DNA from: an uncultured Nitrososphaerales archaeon
Lineage (GTDB): Archaea > Thermoproteota > Nitrososphaeria > Nitrososphaerales > Nitrososphaeraceae
DNA: 64,000 nt
Reading direction: 5' to 3'
Assembly: GCA_963709405.1 (NCBI GenBank)
Contig: CAVPXM010000069.1
Span: 56,198-120,197, forward strand
Under the pieces are notes generated by a model, which did not search any database, had not been told where the DNA came from, and saw nothing but the letters and a program-made list of their open reading frames with translations. Position 1 is the first letter of the stretch. The number at the start of each line of letters is the position of its first letter. This document shows, one piece after another, positions 21,860 through 33,347 of this stretch. The translations under genes were made by a program, and so were the position numbers.

Positions 21860-22645
21860 GAACGTCGCCCGGGGACTAACTAATCCCTTACCAATTTAGG
21901 ATCTTACCAATTTATTCATAATCCGATTAAGTCATTAATGAGGCTTGCGAGAGAGTATAGTGATATTTCTTATTTTTAGCTCGGAAGTCAAAATGTATAT
22001 CTCGTCAACAGTCCAGAGTTCATTAAAAAAATTCTAATCTATGATCATGGAAATTTTAAGAAAGCGACGAGGGCTCAAATTGCTAAAGGTCTGTTAGGCA
22101 AGGATTAGTGACAAATCGAGGGAGAATACCATATCCGCCAAAGAAGATTGATACAGCCAATATTCCGTCCGAAACAGATCAAGACCTTTGATGCAATTAT
22201 GGCCAATTTCATTTCCAGTTTGTCAAATAGCTCGTCAGACGGATCATTGCTAGGTATCCCGAAAGGGATGATCCAGCTGACGTTAGTCATTATATCCAAG
22301 TCTGTGTTAAATTACGACGTACAACCTGAAGCTCAGCAAGTTGATGAACCACTAAACTATATGTCGGAGCTACTCTGAGACTCGAGCCCATTGGGTCATG
22401 TACTAACTAAAATGCCGATCCTCCCTAAGGTAAGGGGCACGATCAAAGCCAAGAATGAGTTGAACCCGATAGTTTACGGCTTGATCAAAAAGAAGAGGCA
22501 GGAAATACGAGGGGAAGGTACTGTATATAATGACCTAATAACTAGATTAGTACAAGCACGAGATCCTGAAGGCAATATAGCCTTGGCTCTCGGCATTGTC
22601 TTTTTGCTTGCTCGCCTAATCGTATACCTTACTGAAAAATACTAG
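21860..22645 (+). pseudogene. Degraded N-terminal half of a cytochrome P450
   Basis: FIHNPIKSLMRLAREYSDISYF*LGSQNVYLVNSPEFI and EGEYHIRQRRLIQPIF parallel the P450 at 24-1385. It has stops, frameshifts and no heme motif. Confidence 0.85.
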
Positions 22646-22769
22646 TTTGGCTCGCTTATCCGACGCAGTTAACATCAGCTTTATCGATTAAACAGACGCA
22701 AAGTTAACAGGACCCATCTTATGATCCTTTATATCAATTATTGCATAAAATAATATTCTGAGCAATAGA

Positions 22770-23369
22770 ATGTCTGAAAGCGGCAGTCATATCCTGGCTG
22801 TCTACCCTAATAAAGATAAAGAGCTGGAAGACGCTATACGTTTTCTTAAGATTGGCCTAGAAAGTAATGAGGCAGGTCTGCTTATCATTAATGAGGAAGA
22901 TATAAGCAAGGAAGAGGTTCAAGAAAGACTTCATAGCAAATACAATATACCTTATAATGAGATAAATGAGCTACAAACGAAAGGCGATATTTCCATCGTA
23001 ACTTCTTCTGAATGGTATCTCTCTAATAATGGTAGCGCTATTAGCACTATTAGCGGTAGTGGCTGCAGCGAAGGCAGTGGTATACGCACCAAAGTAATAG
23101 TAGATAAAGAAAAGGTCAGGCAATCGTGGACCAATTTAGTTAAAAATGCAATGAGCAGAGAAAAAGTAGGAGCTAGAGTATTTGTAAGTACAAGTCTGTT
23201 CTTTAGACTTGGATTAGCAAAGGAATTTTTAGATTACGAATCCATGTTTTTGGTCAAATTTGATTTTCCAATAGTTACCATATGCGCTTGCCAAGCTAGC
23301 GATTTATCGTCATATATGAGTAGTGAAGAAATTAGAAGCTTTCTTCACATCTTTCACATATACAAATAG
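22770..23369 (+). CDS. MEDS-domain sensory protein (probably the N-terminal half of a tandem-MEDS gene)
   Basis: SHILAVY...FLKIGLESNE, EWYL and FLDYE...ICAC fit the MEDS pattern. Confidence 0.8.
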   Translation: MSESGSHILAVYPNKDKELEDAIRFLKIGLESNEAGLLIINEEDISKEEVQERLHSKYNIPYNEINELQTKGDISIVTSSEWYLSNNGSAISTISGSGCSEGSGIRTKVIVDKEKVRQSWTNLVKNAMSREKVGARVFVSTSLFFRLGLAKEFLDYESMFLVKFDFPIVTICACQASDLSSYMSSEEIRSFLHIFHIYK

Positions 23370-23422
23370 GAAATAAATATGATGTAATTGAAAATCCTCT
23401 TATACATGGACATATCGCCATC

Positions 23423-24040
23423 TTGTATGACAATGATGATTATCGAGATACAATAGTTTCAGATTATATCAATGAGGGATTAAAAAGAAGACAATTATGC
23501 GTTTATGCTAGTATACAATGTCATAATGATGCGCACATGAGAAGAATTAAGTCAAGAATTATTGATTTTGATAATAATGCTAAAGAGGGGAATTTGTTAG
23601 TTATCAACCTATCCTCCCACTATATTGCAGCTATGACTAGCGATTTAAATTCTTTTGATAAATTGAGAGATGATATAATGCAAAGGACAAAAGGCAGAGA
23701 GGACAAACATGTGCGTATTGTAGCAGACTGTGCTCCATTTCTATATCAAAATAAGCATTTTGATGAATGTGTTGAGCTGGAAGAATGGTGGCATCAAAGA
23801 CCAATTGAAGGATCTTATCTATGTCCTTATCGTAAATCGCTAATAGACACGTTTCCATATGATTACCACAGATATCGCGTATTTGCTAATCACGATACTA
23901 TAATAGATGAACATGCACAGATAATGGGGTCTTTCATTTGGAAACCGCACAATAACAATAATAGTTATAACGGCGACATGATGACTACTCAAACTAAAGT
24001 ACGGGTGCCATCGACAACAGCGACAGCGACAGTAACATAA
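23423..24040 (+). CDS. MEDS-domain sensory protein (probably the C-terminal half of the same gene)
   Basis: Upstream in-frame HIAILY; YINEGLKRRQLCVY, ELEEWWH and YLCPY...H motifs. Confidence 0.8.
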   Translation: MYDNDDYRDTIVSDYINEGLKRRQLCVYASIQCHNDAHMRRIKSRIIDFDNNAKEGNLLVINLSSHYIAAMTSDLNSFDKLRDDIMQRTKGREDKHVRIVADCAPFLYQNKHFDECVELEEWWHQRPIEGSYLCPYRKSLIDTFPYDYHRYRVFANHDTIIDEHAQIMGSFIWKPHNNNNSYNGDMMTTQTKVRVPSTTATATVT

Positions 24041-25279
24041 CAATAGAGTATATGCATGTTGTTGCACCGCTTAGGAGAAATGAGAAAGGAACAGCGTGAA
24101 CAATAGGGATGGCCCCATTTCTTAACTTCCGATTTGCTCAGGTTTTTCTTGATTGACAATTGGAACTGCTGTCGTCATGTTGAAATCTTGAGTTGCCAAG
24201 ACTGGTGAAATTATATGAAGACTCCTCTCCTGTCTCGCTGTTGTAACACTCTTTCGATATTTGGCGGCAGTATTTTGATATTGACGATGAAAATGAATAT
24301 AAAAATTGGACTTGATAATCGAAAAGACGTTAGGAGCCCTATTATCCTCGGCGAGAGTCAAAACAAACGCCTCAGCCGCTACTACCGCTAAATCAATGAT
24401 GTGACCTGAATCGGAGCAGTTGCCAAAATGAAAAATGGTGGTGGAGATTGTGGTGTCTAATATGGTGTACATCATTGTGATTCCATAAGTTTACGAAAGG
24501 GTGCAAATGCATTACTTGGTGCGATGGTGCATGCTATCATTGCTAATGCAATAGTCGTTATGACTAATGCACGAATTACCGATTATTTATCAGAATTATG
24601 ATCTCTATGAAATAAATATAGGTCACATCGGAAATTTTATTAAAGATTATTCAGAAATGGCGGTTTTTATAGCTATGTCAATATCGATAATGTAAAGCTC
24701 TCGCTTGTACAATCACTTATGTACCAGCATAATAATGCCGTTCAAAATTTAAACCTAGTATAAGCTTGTATTAGGAGTAATGAACATTTGTGATTACTGA
24801 GGCATATTAGCCTAGGTTGTGAAATATTAGGATGTAAAGCGATGAACTTGTCTATAGTCAAAAATCTTGCCTACACGTTTTTCAAATGTATCTATTTATC
24901 CTCGATGGTCCTCCTATCTATAATAATTCCTGGCTGTCCACCAGATGACGTCGGTTTCGCAATAGTCAATCTAAGGCAATTTGTCTCCATTAGTACCACA
25001 TATACCAGGAACAGATACTAATCATCCGTAGAAAGATTAGGTTAGAGTAACAACTTATCGATATCTGGACAATCACATTCACAAATCTTCTATGTGCTTT
25101 TACACATGAATGCATTTTCGAGATCACTTTCTAATTATAAATATCATGATCAAGCAAACCCATGAATCAGCTACCTTATCTACCTTAACTACTTTAGAGT
25201 TAAAGTATTTCAGTGTTCAATAAGAACTGTGCACTCAGAATTTATAAGGTAAAGTATACTAAAATATGCATCAATTCTA

Positions 25280-25627
25280 ATGGAGCCTCTCACAACGTTT
25301 ATCCTTGATTTCCACACTCAATCTATATATTTTGAATCCGATCTGCACATTGCGACATCAGTTTTAACTCACTATCAAAAGATCTGTAACTTTGGGAATA
25401 AGGAAGTATTTGCGATTGATCCTCCAATTACAAGCGCAGGTTGGTCGTTTGCAAAATTATTTCTTTCCGGTCAGTTTGTCGAGAGGATCTACGAGAAGGA
25501 TTTGCAAGTAGTGAATGGCTCGAAAGGAAAAAGGTTTGAAGATAAGTTCGTTTCTTGGCTAAATGCAACTCTAAAGCATAAGGATTGTAGAGCACACATC
25601 AAGATCTCTTCGGATATGCTAAGATAG
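25280..25627 (+). CDS. Hypothetical protein
   Basis: 115-aa ORF with ATG and an upstream TTTATAA box; protein-like composition. Confidence 0.7.
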   Translation: MEPLTTFILDFHTQSIYFESDLHIATSVLTHYQKICNFGNKEVFAIDPPITSAGWSFAKLFLSGQFVERIYEKDLQVVNGSKGKRFEDKFVSWLNATLKHKDCRAHIKISSDMLR

Positions 25628-26008
25628 CTACAGTCAGATGACTGCAAATTATTTCATCTAGTAACGGATCAATTTGCTCATAAATTACCTGTTCTATTGT
25701 CTTAGATAATGAAAAGGCCAACCTTTAGAAAAAAGTTTCGTATTTTCGAATGTGGATTATACAAATTCGATCATAGGATGAAAAAAGAATATCGAGCCCT
25801 ACTTCATAAATCAGATCATCGTGTATTTTGATACTTCAGAATAAAAACTCGTAGGCTCGTTCTTCAGATTCCATGCTATAATACTAGTAACATTAATTAG
25901 CAAAATTATATTTTCATCCTCTCCGACCCTGACCGATTGAAAGAAAATTCAATTTGTATTATCAATTTATATTGTCATCAGTATTTATTATTCAAACAAT
26001 GATTTTCT

Positions 26009-26732
26009 ATGAAAATAGTCACTCCTCCAGCACAGATTGAGAAACAGCTTAAAAGAGAAGCATTGTACGGCTGTATAATCTGCGGTCTGCCCAGTATTGG
26101 AGTTCGTATATCTTTCAAAACAAGGAAGCGATGTATTCCTTCCTGAAAACATGGCAGCTCTTTGTCCGAATCACAGAAATAATTACAGCAACGATGATTT
26201 ACAAGAAAGCCACCTACGAGCTGCGAAGAATAATCCGTATAACAAGAATCATGAGCTGGAAGCCTTTGCAGTTCATTCGCCAGATATCACGGTAAATGTC
26301 GGAAAATGCAAATTCGTTAATACACCACGAATCTTAGTTGTAGATGATTTTGATATCATATCTATAAATAGGAGTCCAGACAATTCGAAGTACGTCCTGT
26401 TAGATGTTAATTTCTTTGATCGAATAAATAATCTAAACGCAGTATTATCTGAAAATAGTTGGCACAGCGAAAGGAAGAATTTAGAATGGACGATACTGTA
26501 CGAGCCTAGGCATCTTTTGATAGAAAATCCGTCTAATTCGTTGGTATTCGATGCAAGGATTGACAACAATACGGAAGAAATCACTTTACTCGTCGATGGA
26601 TTTCATTATAACGCATCGCTGATAAAAATTACAGAAAAAGAGATACTGGTAAATGACGAAGAGATTGCGTTAGGTATCAAAGGAACATCAATGAAGAATT
26701 ACGAGGCAGGTATAATCGTTCAAACAATATGA
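26009..26732 (+). CDS. HNH-like Zn-finger domain plus beta-rich domain (frameshift near 26092)
   Basis: MKIVTPPAQIEKQLKREALYGCIICGLP joins LEFVYL...PENMAALCPNH. Confidence 0.65.
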
Positions 26733-27357
26733 TGATTCTCAAAAACCTGTGAGATGGTAAGAATGGTTGCGAAACCATTAATGGTTACAATCCATCTACT
26801 ATGGTAACAAATTACGCTCCAGAATAGACTGCTTTCTTTTCCGAGATACGATGACGGTCAACTCAACTTTTGTATCCCAGGGAAAATAGCTCTATAAGTT
26901 TTATACTTATTTCGTTTCGAATTATACCTCTTCCAATCTGTTCTTATGAAGTACCAGATCCTAATGTAGCCTCTTACCAAAAATATTATGAATGTAAGAA
27001 ACAAGCCTAACCTCCCAACTTTGGTGCGCGATCAATGGTCCTCATCATTTCGGTATGCTACTATACTTTGCATGATCGAGTTCCTACGATATCTTCTAAA
27101 GCTGATAATCCTTTAAAAAATTGAACAGCATCCAATAAGACAATAGATACTCGCAACGAATTTCATGGTGAAAAAGGTAGATGTGATTATAAACATTAGG
27201 TATATGAGGCCTATTTTACTTACCTGGAGAATTCATCAATACGTACTTTACATCAGTCCAACCACAAATCCCATATAACATTGTCCGAGTCTTTCTGTAC
27301 TTGATATTTAGATTATGCTGATATACGGCAAAACACAGTAGGTCACATGTCCGAAAG

Positions 27358-27444
27358 TTATTTCATTAAACCTGTAAGCCAACCTCCAGCTCGATTGGCG
27401 TAATTTTTGCCCCTCTTGGCTCTCTTTTTCGCGACTCCAGCCAT
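27358..27444 (-). CDS. Basic microprotein MAGVAKKRAKRGKNYANRAGGWLTGLMK
   Basis: Clean ATG-to-TAA ORF of 28 aa, GC-richer than its flanks. Confidence 0.45.
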   Translation of the reverse strand: MAGVAKKRAKRGKNYANRAGGWLTGLMK

Positions 27445-27731
27445 ATTGTATCCGGCATTTTTCCTGTGCTAATCTGCATTAGGTTGCAATTTTTTCAAAT
27501 CTTACTTGCCGGTTAACTTCGTGCTAATGATATAATGTATTAATACCTATCCCACGGGATGTAAGTGTGGTAGTGGGACGATGATCCTGCTTATGCTTTC
27601 GTGCATGGACCTTACTTTACAATAGCCGAACTCCCGATTGGTTAGGTTGAATATATCGATACATGCTGAGAGGGCTTTATATAGGCGGGAAGATATAATA
27701 TCTTTACTCTAGAATTGTAGGGATATCGGGC

Positions 27732-27944
27732 ATGGAAATTAAATCGGCAAATAATGACGCGGTCGATAGTTTGAACATCTTTTCGCAAGGAAACCTGAAA
27801 GAAAGGGTCCGACAAAGATCTGAAAAATATAACGGCATAAGTATTTGTTCGACCTGCAAAGCGACAGGATTTATCCTTGCCCCTGATGAGGAGAATTTTA
27901 CTGAGAAGAAATTTATCGAAGAGTGTCCGGATTGTAACAGTTAA
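27732..27944 (+). CDS. Small Zn-finger protein
   Basis: CSTCKATG...CPDC (two CxxC pairs, DnaJ-like CxxCxxxG). Confidence 0.7.
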   Translation: MEIKSANNDAVDSLNIFSQGNLKERVRQRSEKYNGISICSTCKATGFILAPDEENFTEKKFIEECPDCNS

Positions 27945-28124
27945 TAATCGTTCGCCCAAACTGCCATTTGGTAACACGAGATACAACTACGTATTCATCT
28001 AACTAACAAATCGCTTAGTTAAGTGGGCTGTCTCAATGTTATCACTTTACCAAATGCGCAAAAGATGTTGGATTTTTAAGGTCAGATGGAACCACAATAG
28101 GTTATAGAACGCATGCATAATTAT

Positions 28125-29526
28125 CTATCTCCTTAGTGCCTCAAGAGGAGATAAACGAGATGCCTTCCAAGCAGGAAATATTCCTGATGCTATACTGAGA
28201 ATCACTGATAGCATCCATACATTCAAAAGATCATTGACAACAAATACTGGGGTAATGTGGGGAGCAGCTCGCTCCTGGCTGACCTCCTCCAGTCCCAGGC
28301 CCTCTAGGGGCAAAGCCAGCGGTTAACACATAAGCTCCACCGACGCCAGCTAACAAGCCCATACTGGCTCCGATTATACCAATTAGCAGTGCCTCAGATA
28401 AAAACAGCATAAGAATAAATCGGCTCTTAGCGCCTATTGCTTTCATTGTACCAATTTCCTTCGTCCTTTCACTGACTGAGGTATATAGAGTAGTAATTAT
28501 TCCAACGGCGCCAACTAGCAAGGCTATAAATGCTATCGCAATTGTGAATGCACTATTTCCACTTTGAAATTGTTGCCTTGTTTGTAATATTGCCTTGGGA
28601 GTAATTACTCCGATATTAGTGCCATATAAACTCGTAATTTCTCCCTGAACAGTAGCTACGAGATCTCCCGACAGAGCTGCAACTACCATTTGGTCGTACT
28701 TGCCTGATTTGTGGAAAAGCGAGTTACCAGTGGCTTCATTAATTATAACGGATCGGTCCATGAAATTATTACCAGTAGGTTGTATCACACCACTAATTAC
28801 AAAACTCTTAGACTGTTGTTTTGTTCTGCCTGTGTTCTGCTCGACATACGTGAATGTCCCTTTAACCGTCTGTCCGACGGTAACAAACGGAGTCGTCTTT
28901 CCTGGAGGATTTGCAATGCTATCACCTACTAGCATAGCTGTGGGATTATTCGGTTGTATAGACGAACCGTCTACCAGCTGCAACGACGGAGTTACCAAGT
29001 AAATCTTTTGCGGATCCATAGATATTATCTGCGTGTTCAGAATATTTCCTTGTGCATTCATCTGCAGCTGGCCTTGATATGATGGAGCAACTTCTTGAAC
29101 GAATGGAAGGGATTTTATCCTGTTAACAACCTCGTTATTAAGTACAATAGTGGGCGGACCTTGAGGGCCGCGAAAGTTCATTTGCCCTGAGCTAACAAAT
29201 AAAACATTAGGTGCCAACATGCTCATCTGTTTGTTCATGAATGCAGATTGCCCAGCGCTCATGCCATTTAGTGCCACCATTAATGCCCCTCCTACCACGA
29301 CCATGAGGATAGTTAAAGCCGACCTTGCCTTTCTCTCTCTAAGAGCATCAAAAGATAATGTGAAGATTTCCTTGTAGTTTTTGCTTTTCGAACTTGGTTT
29401 CCAGGCTTTCCTGGTAGTTGGGGAAGAGGGAGAGTGACGATGAGTAGAAATATACTTTTCTTTATGATGGAGTGGCTCGTTCGCTGAATTCACCTCATCA
29501 TCTATGCCATAATCCTCTATTCCCAT
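28125..29526 (-). CDS. MacB/FtsX-family ABC transporter permease (frameshift near 28270)
   Basis: RSALTIL, VGAVGIITTLYTSVSERTKEIGTMKAIGA and GIFPAWKASRLSPLEALR. Confidence 0.93.
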
Positions 29527-30091
29527 ATTAGTGTACTATCCCATTTTTGCATGATATCATAAGTACTATATCTACAGTTCGTCTTTATCTTAATACTGTG
29601 ATTTCCATTGATAGGTTTGAATAACATTTGATCTATTATATACCTACCAATAGCGTAATCCATATACTTCAGATATAATATCATACTCACCTAGCAGATT
29701 TATAGTTAGCGACAGTTGCACATGAAACAATATTATTTTGGAAAGATATTGACTACATCAAGCGATATGATTGCGTAGTATCTTTCGCAATCCATTGTCG
29801 TTGGAAACCTTGACCTTCCTCTAATACAATATCAAATGCTCGATGATCCGTTGTCCTTTCATAATATTAATTGAGCCGAGTCAGATTACTAGCGCACTTG
29901 TTAAGACCGAATGAATGGACATAGAGCTATATGAAAGTCCATCCCGAACAACCTCTTTACCACGACAATACAAGAATCCAAGCTTTAAGTATAAATAGCA
30001 GCTAACTAAATGAACCTAACTTTATTAAGAGTAGCTTGTGAACAACTGATGTATAGATATTGAATGACAATTAGGCATAAAATAAGTAAAC

Positions 30092-30804
30092 ATGACACAA
30101 ATCGTGATATTTGTTACAGTCTTCATGATCTTTCATCTAATTGGAAATTCTGTTAAAGGGATGTATCAGGCGACTCTCAACGACGATCTACTTAGAGCCG
30201 ACCTAATTGTAAAAGGGCTAGGCTACCCAAGGAGTATGGCATTTTTAAACGATATTTGCATTCTAGTTCTGCCGAAAGATGATGGAACAGTTCGACGAGT
30301 TGAAAAAGGGGTACAGTCACCGGAGCCGGTTCTACATGTAAACATTAACAACGAAACTAGTACACGCCGTCTCGGATTACTAGACGTAGCTGCGTTGAAA
30401 TAGCTGCGTTGAAATGCCAGATAATAATGGTATCGAAGCTACAGGATCGGCACTTAGTTACCACACATGAGGAGGCACCACAGCACATATTCTCTTGTAT
30501 TATACAGAGTCAAAGAATAGAATAGTAAAATATGAAACGTCGTATATATATGAATGGAATGGAAGGTTAATTTTGAATCCTAAAATTGCTCTTAGATCTC
30601 CCTGCTGGAGGTTTGAATCACCCTGGCGGTAAACTAGTCCTAGGAAAAGATCATTCCCTTCATGTAGTCATCTGCGATTTGAATCAGCAAGGACAATTAC
30701 AAATTTTAAACATGGATCACTTCCAGATTAGCTTCGATCATATTAAAAATAAATCCCATGATGGGGCAAACTTATGGAAACAGCCCATTTATAATAGCCC
30801 GTGA
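30092..30804 (+). pseudogene. PQQ-dependent glucose/sorbosone dehydrogenase remnant
   Basis: GLGYPRSMAFL...DGTVRRV...GLLDVA and LLDLPA..NHPGGKL..GKD..L.VVI.D; a 14-bp duplication at 30387-30414 creates a stop. Confidence 0.8.
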
Positions 30805-31538
30805 ATTAGTACATTTAACTATTTAATTCATTACTTCATTAATTCATTAGTGATCGCTTCTAAGAGATCAATGTCAAATGGTTTACATTAAGTACAGAAT
30901 GATCTGCAACAAGTCAAATCATTATAATCGTAATATTATCGATGCGGCAAGATATCGCCACAGACAGAATATAATACCGATTACCATTACAAGTTAAAAA
31001 CAATGCATTTGATAAAGTTGTAGGTCAGGCTACTTTACAACTAAAATATTTATCTGCTAAGGTTAAGAGTTTTCATGGTTACGATACTTATTAACTGTTG
31101 AACTTATCATGTACAGCCAGTCATTTCGAATCTCAGTCATTTTCATATTCAGATCTGAAATTAAAGGCAGATTATCAATTATTCTTTAAATTCTCCTCTA
31201 GTTCAGTCCGTATTTTCGATTACAAATTATCATACCTCAATACCGTCTTGTGAGATGCATACCAAATATTAAAGTATGTTGCCATAAGAAAAAGGAATGA
31301 ATACGGAGTCACAAGTAGAATGAGATCGTAACAGTGACCAATGACCATTGTTCATGGATTGTTATCACGCCTGCTTGCTGTCACTGGAAATAAGAGTAAA
31401 TAATGCCAAGTAATTGGCGGTAGTGGATTCTTGCATATAATATGAGCAATACAAAATTATCACTGATGAGCAATTGTGACATCAATTCTGAGTGAAGCTC
31501 GAGTGATGCAAGCAGGCGATTATTCATATGGATTTTCC

Positions 31539-32030
31539 TCATAAATTAATGAATTCGGCAGTCCTTGTTTCTGTATTAAAAATCGCCGCAGTGGCATTGT
31601 ACCCAAAGAACCATCCATTTGCAGTTCCTGGATTAATTAAAATGGTCTTTCCAACCTGCAGCTGTTCCTTTTTATGGGTATGGCCACAAACAACTATGTC
31701 GTACCTACCTGATTGAACTAACGATAGCTTTTTTTTGGCATTAGTCCCATGATAGACTGCGAACAATACGTCATCTTGCTCAATTTCACAAAACTCACCT
31801 TTAAGCCGGCCTCCTATTTCTTCGAAGCTCAATGACAGTCTTTCTTTCTCAATGTCGTTATTTCCGAGTACTCCAACCAAATTAACGCCTTTGAATGATT
31901 TCACTGATTCTGGACTCACGATATCGCCTGCATGAATAACAAATTTGGTATCTCTATCATTACATATTTTCACGAATCTCTCGATATTTTGAGTGTTGTC
32001 GTGGGTATCAGAGATCAATCCTATTTGCAT
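31539..32030 (-). CDS. YfcE/MJ0936-type metallophosphoesterase
   Basis: SDTH, HAGD, GNND, YHG, GHTH and INPG motifs. Confidence 0.95.
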   Translation of the reverse strand: MQIGLISDTHDNTQNIERFVKICNDRDTKFVIHAGDIVSPESVKSFKGVNLVGVLGNNDIEKERLSLSFEEIGGRLKGEFCEIEQDDVLFAVYHGTNAKKKLSLVQSGRYDIVVCGHTHKKEQLQVGKTILINPGTANGWFFGYNATAAIFNTETRTAEFINL

Positions 32031-32147
32031 TGCACAACTTTACACGATTTCAACATTTTTAATCGTACCTATCAGGACTGGAGTCCAGATTTACTCTCCC
32101 TTCATATTCGTACTTACTCGATTTTCTAGCATTTGTAGATCTTTACT

Positions 32148-33347
32148 TCACCCTGTAGAATCAGTTTCTTTTATTGTTTCGGGAGAGAGATATGCATTTC
32201 GAGCAATAGTCGGGGACTCAATTTCGGTCCTGATTATTCTTGTGACTGAGCGTATCTGCGCTGCATAATTTTTGATGAGTCGAGTATATCCTGATCTTAT
32301 CTTTTCAAAGCCATTCTGATCCATTTTTGAATTCTCAAAACAGCTTTCGATAATGTTGTAAAGTCTTTGTATTAGCGTGATTTGACTGGTGTCGAACTTT
32401 GACATTTTATCGTGTCTTTATTTTTATCGCTAAATAAGACGTCTTTTGCCTTGCTCTCGACTTCTGCATTATTGGTAGGTAAATGACTAACTTTTCTAGG
32501 ATAATTTTCGACAATAAATATATTCTTATCGTTTCTTGGTGATACATGCAATACTTCTCTCATCTGCGTATTGCTAAGTAAACTACCATCCCAACCAAGT
32601 ACTCCAACGTCTACTTCTATCCATGGGAACCCGTATAGGTGATAACCAGCGCTAGCCGGAATGTGCTTTGCTTCGACTCGCATATTAGTAGCGTCGTTTA
32701 TTAATGGCTTTGCTGTCATTATATTTACTGCAGTTATTACAAGACGAAAGTAATACCTCTGGCAATCTTTCCTTGGTTGCAGCAGGGTTGAGTTTCTTAT
32801 AGTCTATGTATTTGTCAAGTGTATTGGCTAACGGCCAAAGTTCGTATAAGTAAGTGCAAATTCTAAGATCAATATAATCATTTTTTTTGAGACGAGTTCC
32901 CAATTTTGTAGCCATATGGGAATGAACATCTTAGAGAACCCAAAGAATAAAGCATTTGTCGAAGCTGAGGAAATCCTTTTGGATTCAATCGTTTTGGACC
33001 TCATATCATTGTCTAAAACAAAAATATCAGGAATAATATTAGGACAGCTGTCTGCTAATTCCGTCCAAAAATCTTCAAAGTCCCTTTCTGGATAGTCACT
33101 ATTACTCCAAAATAGTGGCCGTATTCACGGCTCCGATCGAAGTCCCCGGCCCTATGTCTATTCTTATTCGTTTCTTTACCAACGCTTTAAGTACTCAACA
33201 CGCAAAGGCTCCCAAAGAACCACAGCCCTGCATAACCAGGTCGTTTGTTACATTTATTCTTGTGGTTCTCCTTGAGGTGTTCAATTGCATTTCGGTGAAA
33301 TTCTCATTTTCTATAATGGGATAGTCATATTTAGATGTGGGTCTCAT
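32148..33347 (-). pseudogene. Patatin-like phospholipase/hydrolase pseudogene
   Basis: Minus strand reads LVMQGCGSLGAFAC*VLKALVKK...GTSIGAVN (GxSxG), and later WDGSLLSNT (DG motif); several stops and frameshifts. Confidence 0.85.

Noticed and set aside
24122-24475. 117-aa minus-strand ORF
   Set aside because: No recognisable motif; it overlaps the more convincing His-rich frame.
33115-33324. Plus-strand 69-aa ORF
   Set aside because: It is the antisense shadow of the patatin pseudogene.
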